Shown here piece after piece: positions 56,789-64,000 of a stretch of 64,000 bases of DNA. This stretch comes from an uncultured Pelagibacteraceae bacterium. Lineage in GTDB: Bacteria; Pseudomonadota; Alphaproteobacteria; Pelagibacterales; Pelagibacteraceae. Within the stretch, counting starts at the first letter, position 1. The number at the start of each line of letters is the position of its first letter. Location: NCBI GenBank assembly GCA_902566975.1, contig CACFLA010000005.1, positions 8,375-72,374 on the forward strand, in the 5' to 3' direction. Both the position numbers and the translations under genes were made by a program. The notes beneath the pieces were generated by a model. That model did not search any database and had not been told where the DNA came from. It saw only the letters and a program-made list of their open reading frames with translations.

Positions 56789-58911
56789 TTCACCAATCTT
56801 AAATTTTGAGGTTTAGCTTTTAAAAGTGACTTACCACGACCTGATAAACTTGAGTTTTCCATAAAATAGGTATGTGCTGAAAAGCCTTTTTCTTGTTCTT
56901 TATGATAGTTTCCTAAGCTATCTAAATACCATGTTTCTGATTTATCTTTAAAGTTGGCTAACATAATTTGATCTAAAATTTGCTCATGCACAGTATTGTT
57001 TTCTATTGGAATTATAATTTCAATTCTTCTATCTAAATTTCTAGGCATTAAATCTGCAGATGAAATATATACCTGATTCTCTCTAGAGGGCATAGAACTA
57101 CCATTTGCAAAACAATAAATTCTTGAGTGTTCTAAAAATCTGCCAATAAGGCTTTTTACTTTTATATTTTCAGATTGAGCTTTAATTCCAGGTCTTAAGC
57201 AACATACGCCTCTTACTGATAAATTTATTTTAACGCCTGCGTTTGAAGCTTCGTAAAATTTCTTAATAATTCCAGGGTCTACAAGAGAATTCATTTTTGC
57301 CCATATTTCTGCAGGTCTTCCTTTATTTGCATTTGCAATTTCATTTTCAATTTTTTTTTCAAAGAAATTCCTACTATTTATTGGTGACATAAAGATTTTA
57401 TTTAATTTTTTTGGTTTTGCATAACCAGTTACATAATTGAAAAATTTTTCAACATCTTTGGCCAGGTCTTGATTAGAGCTAAACAGTGATAAGTCAGTAT
57501 AAATTTTTGCATTAATTGGATGATAGTTTCCTGTACCCAAGTGAACATAGCTTCGCGTTTTAGTTCCCTCTTTTCTTAAAACTAAACTTGCCTTTGCATG
57601 CGTTTTGTATTTTGCGAATCCATAAACAATTTGAACGCCAGCTTTCTCTAGTTTCCTAGATAATTCAATATTAGCTTCCTCATCAAATCGAGCTTTTATT
57701 TCTATTACAGCTGTTACAACTTTTCCGTTTTCTGCTGCTCTACTAAGTGCTTTTACAATAGGAGAGTCAGGAGTGGTTCGATACAAAGTTTGTTTGATAC
57801 CGATAACTTTGGGATCTTTTGCTGCAGCTTCTAAAAATTGAATTACTACATCAAATGTTTCAAAAGGGTGGTGTACAACAAAATCTTTGCTTCTTATAGC
57901 TGAAAAAAATTTATTATCAAATTCTTTCAATCTTTCAACTTCTCTAGGATTAAATTTTTTAAATCTCAGCTTTGGATCTTTCTTTTTACAAATTTCATCT
58001 ATATCTTGTATTCCAACCAATCCTTCAACCTCATAAATATGATCTTCATCCATTTTAAATTTTTTTGAAATAAAATTTAAAAGTTTTTTGTTTGAATTAG
58101 TGATTACTTCGAGTTTAACTACGTTTCCCCTTCTTCTTTTCTTAATTGCTTTTTCAAAATATCTCACAAGATCAGCAGCTTCATCATCTATTTCAATTTC
58201 GCTGTCTCTAATTATTTTAAACTGCAAACTTGCCTCGATATTATGGTCTGGAAATATTTCATTAGCAAATTTACAAATTACGTCATCAATTGTGACAAAT
58301 TCATTTATTGTTTCAGAATTATTTAGCGATACAAATTTTGGAAGTGCTCTTGGTATAACTATAATTGCATTTAGTTCTCTTTTTTTTTTAATTCTTGTCA
58401 TTCTTAATAAAATTGCTTGGCCTTTATTTGGTATAAAAGGAAAGGGATGTGATGGGTCAATGGCAGTAGGTGTTATTATAGGATAAATTGTTTCCTGAAA
58501 ATATTCTCTTAGATACATAAGATCCTTCTTATTTAGTTCTGACATTTTTCGAATGAAAATTTTTTCTTTCGATAGCTCTTTTTTCAACTCTAGGAATGCT
58601 TCGTTTTGCTTCTTTAATAGATCTTTAGTTTTTAATACGACCCTATTCAATTGATCCTCTGCAGTTAATCCATCTGCGCTTAATTCGTCAAAACCATCTT
58701 TAATTTGATTAAAAAGTCCAGCGACTCTTACCATAAAAAATTCATCTAAATTTGTACCTGCGATTGATAAAAATTTTACTCTTTCAAATAGAGGATTTGT
58801 TTTATCTTTTGATTCTTCTAAAACACGATCATTAAACTGAAGCCAAGATAATTCTCTGTTTATGAGTTGATTGCTAATATTAGCGTTTTCTGAAAATGAT
58901 GCTTTCGACAT
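56785..58911 (-). CDS. ppk: Polyphosphate kinase 1
   Basis: NRELSWLQFN.RVL.E N-terminus, two PLD-like HK domains (THAK, EHSR). 708 aa. Confidence 0.95.
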   Translation of the reverse strand: MSKASFSENANISNQLINRELSWLQFNDRVLEESKDKTNPLFERVKFLSIAGTNLDEFFMVRVAGLFNQIKDGFDELSADGLTAEDQLNRVVLKTKDLLKKQNEAFLELKKELSKEKIFIRKMSELNKKDLMYLREYFQETIYPIITPTAIDPSHPFPFIPNKGQAILLRMTRIKKKRELNAIIVIPRALPKFVSLNNSETINEFVTIDDVICKFANEIFPDHNIEASLQFKIIRDSEIEIDDEAADLVRYFEKAIKKRRRGNVVKLEVITNSNKKLLNFISKKFKMDEDHIYEVEGLVGIQDIDEICKKKDPKLRFKKFNPREVERLKEFDNKFFSAIRSKDFVVHHPFETFDVVIQFLEAAAKDPKVIGIKQTLYRTTPDSPIVKALSRAAENGKVVTAVIEIKARFDEEANIELSRKLEKAGVQIVYGFAKYKTHAKASLVLRKEGTKTRSYVHLGTGNYHPINAKIYTDLSLFSSNQDLAKDVEKFFNYVTGYAKPKKLNKIFMSPINSRNFFEKKIENEIANANKGRPAEIWAKMNSLVDPGIIKKFYEASNAGVKINLSVRGVCCLRPGIKAQSENIKVKSLIGRFLEHSRIYCFANGSSMPSRENQVYISSADLMPRNLDRRIEIIIPIENNTVHEQILDQIMLANFKDKSETWYLDSLGNYHKEQEKGFSAHTYFMENSSLSGRGKSLLKAKPQNLRLVK

Positions 58912-58933
58912 ATTTAAATGTTAAATTAAAAAT

Positions 58934-59458
58934 ATGTTTAAATTATATGCGATGAGACATGCTAAATCTAGTTGGGATTTTCCAAATTTAGATGATCATG
59001 ACAGGCCATTGAATAAAAGAGGGGTAAATTCAGCAAAATTAATTTGTGAATTTTTTATTAAAAAGAAATTAAAATTTGATTTAGTTTATTGCTCATCCTC
59101 TAAAAGGACAATGCAAACATTAAATATATTGTCAGAAAAAATAAGTTTTAAAAAAATTATTAAAAAAAAAGCACTTTATCATGCTAGTGAGGATGAAATT
59201 ATTCATATCTTAAAACAAACAGGTGATAATTATAAAACTTTACTTTTAATTAATCATGAACCTTCAATGAGTGAACTAATAAATCGAATTTGTCTTAAAG
59301 AAAATTCTGATCAATTTGAAAATTTAAAAAGAAAATTTCCTACTGCAGCCGTTGCTGAAGTAAACTTTAATTTCAATGATTGGGAGAAGTTATCAAAAGT
59401 TAAAGGAAAATTAATATCATTTACAAAACCAAAAGATCTTCAACCATCTAAGGAATAA
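58934..59458 (+). CDS. sixA: Histidine phosphatase superfamily protein (SixA-like phosphohistidine phosphatase)
   Basis: LYAMRHAKS (RHA/G catalytic motif), DRPLNKRG, small size (174 aa). Confidence 0.65.
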   Translation: MFKLYAMRHAKSSWDFPNLDDHDRPLNKRGVNSAKLICEFFIKKKLKFDLVYCSSSKRTMQTLNILSEKISFKKIIKKKALYHASEDEIIHILKQTGDNYKTLLLINHEPSMSELINRICLKENSDQFENLKRKFPTAAVAEVNFNFNDWEKLSKVKGKLISFTKPKDLQPSKE

Positions 59459-60123
59459 CCGGCAGATCTTACTGTTCTGATAAGATCTTTCTTGCCATCA
59501 ATATTTATTGCTTTTCTTAGTCTTCTTATATGAACATCTATAGTTCTGGACTCCACATAAATATCATCTCCCCATACGGAATTTAAAAGTTGCTCACGCG
59601 AATATACTCTTTTTGGATTTTTAATTAAAAAATCAATTAGTTTAAATTCTGTAGGACCAACTATAACTTGCTTATCTGCTCTATAAACTCTTCGTTGAAC
59701 TCTATCTACTTTTAGATCCTCAAATACTACAACATCAGCAGCAACACTTGGTTTAGATCTCTTTAATAAAGCGTTAACTCTTGCAATAAGTTCTTTTTGG
59801 CTGAATGGCTTAGTTACGTAGTCATCAGCTCCTGTTTCAAATCCTTTTAGTTTGTCTTCTTCTTCACCTTTGGCTGTTAACATAATGATTGGGATATTTT
59901 TGTGAAGATTGCTTCTTTTCAAATTTTTACAGACTTCAACACCTGAAATATCTGGCAACATCCAATCTAATAAAATTAAATCAGGATTTTTCTCCTTTAT
60001 ATTTCTAATAGCTTCTTCTCCATTGACTGCATAATCAACTTTGTGACCCTCTTTTTCTAAATTGTATTTAAGCAAAGTTACGATGGGCATTTCATCTTCG
60101 ACAATGAATAAATTTGCCCTCAT
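59440..60123 (-). CDS. phoB: Phosphate regulon response regulator
   Basis: Receiver (LLDWMLPDISG) plus OmpR/PhoB winged helix (VHIRRLR). Follows phoU and pstB. Confidence 0.88.
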   Translation of the reverse strand: MRANLFIVEDEMPIVTLLKYNLEKEGHKVDYAVNGEEAIRNIKEKNPDLILLDWMLPDISGVEVCKNLKRSNLHKNIPIIMLTAKGEEEDKLKGFETGADDYVTKPFSQKELIARVNALLKRSKPSVAADVVVFEDLKVDRVQRRVYRADKQVIVGPTEFKLIDFLIKNPKRVYSREQLLNSVWGDDIYVESRTIDVHIRRLRKAINIDGKKDLIRTVRSAGYSLDG

Positions 60124-60803
60124 TATCCTTTTGGTCGGTCTCCCTCTAAATAATCTCCTGTAATCAGAAAATAAACTTGCTCTGCAATATTAGTTGCATG
60201 ATCTCCAATCCTCTCAATATTTTTAAGCATGAAAAGTAGTTGGGTTACTTTTTGTATATCTTTTTTATTTTTTTCTAAATGCTTTACTGCAGCTTCCATA
60301 TTACTATTAGTCATTTGATCTATTTCTTCATCAGAATTCCAAACATTTTCTGCTGTATCTTTTGCTCTATGTAAATACGAGTTTAAAACTGCATTGACTT
60401 GTTTTGATGCTTTTAAACCAGCTATTTCGAAATTTTTAGTAATATCATTAGGTAAATCAGTTCCAATTTTAGTTAATCGTTTTGAGATGTTTTTTGCTAA
60501 ATCACCAATTCTCTCTAAGTCTGAAGAAACTTTTAAGGCAACAACTGTTTCTCTTAAATCTATTGCCATAGGTTGCCTTAAGGCAATCAAATTTACAACT
60601 TGCTCTTCTATATTTATTTCATATTTATCAGTCAATTCGTCATCTTTGATAGATTTTTCTGCTAAACTAATGTCTTTTTTAACTAAAGATTGAATAGTGT
60701 TTTCAAGCTGTTTCTCAACTCCAGTTCCCATTTTCACTATTGTATCTTTTAATAACTGAAGTTGCTCTTCGTAAGATTTTACAATGTGCGGTTTTTCACT
60801 CAT
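60123..60803 (-). CDS. phoU: Phosphate signalling complex protein PhoU
   Basis: Duplicated helical repeat with two E(R)IGD motifs (LERIGDLAKN, IERIGDHATN). Confidence 0.92.
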   Translation of the reverse strand: MSEKPHIVKSYEEQLQLLKDTIVKMGTGVEKQLENTIQSLVKKDISLAEKSIKDDELTDKYEINIEEQVVNLIALRQPMAIDLRETVVALKVSSDLERIGDLAKNISKRLTKIGTDLPNDITKNFEIAGLKASKQVNAVLNSYLHRAKDTAENVWNSDEEIDQMTNSNMEAAVKHLEKNKKDIQKVTQLLFMLKNIERIGDHATNIAEQVYFLITGDYLEGDRPKG

Positions 60804-61558
60804 TAACCAAACCTTCCTGTAATATAATCCTGAGTTTGCTGATTATCAGGATTTTTAAATATTTTATCTGTTGGTCCAAATTCTATAAGTTTTCCCAAAT
60901 GAAAGAAACCTGTTTTTTGAGATACCCTAGCTGCTTGTGACATTGAGTGGGTAACTATCACAATTGTGACCTCTTTTTTAAGATCATCTATAAGTTCTTC
61001 AATTTGAGCTGTTGCTATTGGGTCAAGCGCTGAACATGGTTCGTCCATAAGAATCACTTCTGGACTTACAGATATAGCTCTAGCAATACATAGTCGTTGC
61101 TGTTGACCTCCTGATAAACCAGTTCCGATTTCATCAAGTCTATCTTTAACTTCGTTCCACAAGGCAGCTTTTTTCAAACTTGTTTCAACTATTTGATCCA
61201 TTTCTTCTTTGCTCTGTGCAATACCGTGAATAGTAGGACCATAAGCTACATTTTCATAAATTGTTTTAGGGAATGGATTGGGTTTTTGAAAAACCATACC
61301 AACGTTCTCCCTAAGTCTCACAACATCTAACTTTCTTGAATTCAGTTCTAGGTTGTCCATTTTAATACTGCCTTCAACTCTACAAATTTCTATGACGTCG
61401 TTCATCCTGTTCAAGCATCTTAAGAAAGTAGACTTTCCACACCCAGATGGTCCAATTAGAGCTGTAACTTCTTTTTCTGCAATATCTATAGAGACATCAA
61501 ATAATGCCTGTTTGGATCCGTAATATACATTTACATTTTCCGCTTTGATTTTACTCAT
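60803..61558 (-). CDS. pstB: Phosphate ABC transporter ATP-binding protein
   Basis: [33 protein letters not shown], and the PstB-typical C-terminus YITGRFG. Confidence 0.95.
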   Translation of the reverse strand: MSKIKAENVNVYYGSKQALFDVSIDIAEKEVTALIGPSGCGKSTFLRCLNRMNDVIEICRVEGSIKMDNLELNSRKLDVVRLRENVGMVFQKPNPFPKTIYENVAYGPTIHGIAQSKEEMDQIVETSLKKAALWNEVKDRLDEIGTGLSGGQQQRLCIARAISVSPEVILMDEPCSALDPIATAQIEELIDDLKKEVTIVIVTHSMSQAARVSQKTGFFHLGKLIEFGPTDKIFKNPDNQQTQDYITGRFG

Positions 61559-62854
61559 TTAACTCCATTTCTTTTCAAATTTGTGTCTAACGATTTGAGC
61601 TGCCAAGTTCATTAAAATTAAAAAAGCTAGAAGCACCATAATACATGCAGATACTTTTTCAACGAAACCCCTCTCAGCACTTTCTGACCATATATATATC
61701 TGAACTGGTAAACTTGCAGCAGGATCAACTGGCGTTCCAGGTATTGTGTTCACAAAAGCAACCATTCCTATTAAAATTAAAGGGGCTGTTTCTCCTAAAG
61801 CTTGAGCTAAGCCAATTATCGTTCCAGATAAGGTTCCGGGCATTGATAGTGGAACAGTATGATGCATGGTCGTTTGCATATTACTTGCACCCATCGCTAA
61901 AGCAGCTTCTCTTATACTTGGTGGTACAGCTTTTAATGATGCTCTTGCAGCAATAATTATTGTTGGTAGTGTCATAAGTGACAGAGTAATTCCTCCGACA
62001 AGTGGTGTCGACCTTGGTAAATTAAAAACTGCTAATAAAATACCCAGACCTAGCAAACCAAATACTATCGATGGAACGGCTGCCAAATTGTTAATGTTTA
62101 CTTCTATAAAATCTGTAAATTTATTTTTTGGTGCAAATTCCTCGAGATAAATTGCTGCTAGCACTGCAATAGGAAATGAAAACGCTAAACATACTAATAT
62201 ACTAAAAACTGTTCCCATAAACGAGCTAGCTATACCTGCTAGTTCTGCCTCTCTTGAATCAGGGCTTGTAAAAAAACTAATGTTAAACTCTGATAAAATA
62301 TCCCCTCTTTCATTAAGCATATCGTAAATCTGCAGCTGATAATCATTTACTCTTCTATTCTTTTCAGGGATATCTCTTGGATAATTTCCCTTATGAACTT
62401 GATCAACATCATCAGAAGCTGTTAATTTTATGGGTACTATTTTACCTAGAAAGTCTGGATTTTTTAAAAGTAGATCTTTTACTTCTGTCTCATATTTATA
62501 CGAAACCATTTGAATCAATTGACGATCCTCTTCTTCAGGAAGTCCAGGATCTAATGAGGTCATAGCTTTGTAAGCAACATCATAATAGTCTGCATTTTCT
62601 AAATCATCTTTTGATGGGCTTTCTGCATCGATTAAAAGTAATTCTTTATCATAATGAACTTCTGTTACTATCCAAGTTTTTTGGAAAGCTGAGTAACCTT
62701 TTGAAAATATCTGAAACATAAAAACTGCTAAAAAGGTTAAAGCTAATCCTATAGCTATTTTGCCATACCATTGAAATCTTCTTTCAGCGTTATATCTTTT
62801 TTTTAATAAATTTTTCTTATAATTATTCATATTTTTCCCTATATCTTTTAACAA
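61559..62854 (-). CDS. pstA: Phosphate ABC transporter permease PstA (long form; alternative start at 62830)
   Basis: Large periplasmic loop after TM1 and an EAA-type loop (REAALAMGAS). Confidence 0.9.
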   Translation of the reverse strand: MLKDIGKNMNNYKKNLLKKRYNAERRFQWYGKIAIGLALTFLAVFMFQIFSKGYSAFQKTWIVTEVHYDKELLLIDAESPSKDDLENADYYDVAYKAMTSLDPGLPEEEDRQLIQMVSYKYETEVKDLLLKNPDFLGKIVPIKLTASDDVDQVHKGNYPRDIPEKNRRVNDYQLQIYDMLNERGDILSEFNISFFTSPDSREAELAGIASSFMGTVFSILVCLAFSFPIAVLAAIYLEEFAPKNKFTDFIEVNINNLAAVPSIVFGLLGLGILLAVFNLPRSTPLVGGITLSLMTLPTIIIAARASLKAVPPSIREAALAMGASNMQTTMHHTVPLSMPGTLSGTIIGLAQALGETAPLILIGMVAFVNTIPGTPVDPAASLPVQIYIWSESAERGFVEKVSACIMVLLAFLILMNLAAQIVRHKFEKKWS

Positions 62855-64000
62855 CTAAAAGAGCGATTACATTTAAGAATAAAGTTACTATAAATAAAGA
62901 TATTCCTAAGGCAAAAGCTGATTGAGTTTTTGGATCTCCGAATTGTTGGTCTCCAATTAAAATTACTACAATTTGCGCTGTAATGGTTGAAGTTGACTCA
63001 AGTGGATTCATTGTAAGATTAGCCGCTAGTCCTGAGGCCATTACAACAATCATTGTTTCTCCCACCGCTCTCGATACTGCTAAAAGTATCGAACCTACAA
63101 TACCAGGTAAGGCTGCTGGAAAAATTACTTTTTTTACAGTCTCAGATTTTGTTGCGCCCATTGCGTAACTTCCATCTCTTAAATTTTGCGGTACTGCTGT
63201 TATAACGTCATCGCTTAAACTTGAAATAAAAGGAATTATCATTACTCCCATAACTGCTCCTGCAGCTAAAGCGCTCTCCGATGAAACTTCTAAACCCATA
63301 GCGTTACCTATTTCTTTAACAAAAGGACCGACGGTTAAAGCTGCAAAAAAACCGTATACCACTGTTGGAATACCAGCTAAAATCTCAATAATAGGTTTCG
63401 CATATTTTCTCACGCCTCTTCCGGCATACTCAGATAGATAAATCCCGCTTAACAAACCTATGGGGATGGCAACACACATTGCAATAAAAGCAATAAAAAA
63501 AGTTCCGGCAAATAAAGGTACAGCTCCGAAAGCATCCTTCATTAATTCAGGATCTGGCTGGCCATCTCTTACAAAAGTTTTAGCAGGATACCAATGAGTT
63601 CCGAATATAAAGTCAAAGATTTTTACTGCTTGAAAAAATCTAATCGCTTCGAATAAAAGTGAAAAAATTATTCCGATTGTAACTAAAACTGCGCCTAATG
63701 ATGCAACAAATAATACCCATTTAAGAAAAATTTCTACTGGTTCTCTCATTCGATCATTTTTCTGAACAGATCTATATGCAAAACTCAGAGAGAAAATTAA
63801 AATTGCTAAAATAATTGCTACTTTAGCACTGTTGGCTATTCCTTTTAGTTGAATATACTTATTGGCAGACTCATCTAAAAAATTAGTAATATTTCCCGTG
63901 TAAGTTCCTACGGCTAATGCTTTAACTTTTGTGTAAATTAGCTGAAGCTCATTTTTAGTTAAATTTTGGTCGGTGTAATCTTGTAAAATAAATGTTTTAA
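62823..64000 (-). CDS. pstC: Phosphate ABC transporter permease PstC (long form; 5' end beyond window)
   Basis: EAA loop (RDGSYAMGATK). The frame stays open upstream of the listed Met (63749) through to nt 64000 (hand translation ...ILAILIFSLSFAYRSVQKNDRMREP). Confidence 0.9.
   Translation of the reverse strand, partial: KTFILQDYTDQNLTKNELQLIYTKVKALAVGTYTGNITNFLDESANKYIQLKGIANSAKVAIILAILIFSLSFAYRSVQKNDRMREPVEIFLKWVLFVASLGAVLVTIGIIFSLLFEAIRFFQAVKIFDFIFGTHWYPAKTFVRDGQPDPELMKDAFGAVPLFAGTFFIAFIAMCVAIPIGLLSGIYLSEYAGRGVRKYAKPIIEILAGIPTVVYGFFAALTVGPFVKEIGNAMGLEVSSESALAAGAVMGVMIIPFISSLSDDVITAVPQNLRDGSYAMGATKSETVKKVIFPAALPGIVGSILLAVSRAVGETMIVVMASGLAANLTMNPLESTSTITAQIVVILIGDQQFGDPKTQSAFALGISLFIVTLFLNVIALLVVKRYREKYE

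Overview
This is a very AT-rich (about 30% G+C by eye, not computed), extremely gene-dense chromosomal segment. Its gene content and synteny look like a streamlined marine alphaproteobacterium (SAR11/Pelagibacterales-like). That taxon call is inference from GcrA, membrane-anchored CycM, AtpF2 (b'), DUF2093, hisS-hisZ-hisG and a tRNA-His with no encoded G-1. All family calls come from reading motifs in the supplied translations; no database search was run.

Gene content, left to right:
- F0 ATP synthase (atpB-E-b'-b), then the retinal pathway crtI-crtB-crtY-blh, then ispH-thrB-rnhA-rhodanese.
- On the minus strand, prx and thrC, then an aa3-type cytochrome c oxidase cluster (ctaC-ctaD, two subunit-III-like genes, subunit IV, ctaB, ctaG).
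- rsmE, qor, ubiA, and the late lipid A genes msbA-waaA-lpxK-lpxL.
- A frameshifted purD, then rsmD, pgi, lspA-ileS-ribF and groESL.
- tRNA-His-hisS-hisZ-hisG, csp, accA, glcB, and recR-ybaB-dnaX preceded by a candidate SRP RNA.
- pheA-kdsB, cycM, argF-argD, gcrA, arsC plus a MIP channel.
- A phosphate block: ppx-ppk, sixA, phoB-phoU-pstBAC.

I recognised no integrase, transposase, CRISPR array or known defence genes. Most of the window is ordinary core genome.

The most unusual signals:
1. An exact 15-bp direct repeat of the groEL 3' end brackets a self-contained cassette of two orphan membrane-protein genes between groEL and hisG.
2. Stable-RNA genes sit directly against mRNA operons: tRNA-His ends 4 nt before hisS, and the candidate SRP RNA ends 7 nt before dnaX.
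3. purD is broken in an A10 tract, and dnaX carries two A11 tracts in its linker with early stops in the -1 frame.
4. Unlisted small ORFs are translationally coupled inside operons.
5. Of nine convergent gene junctions, seven have zero spacer or overlap; three of them are exact TAATTA stop/stop abutments.
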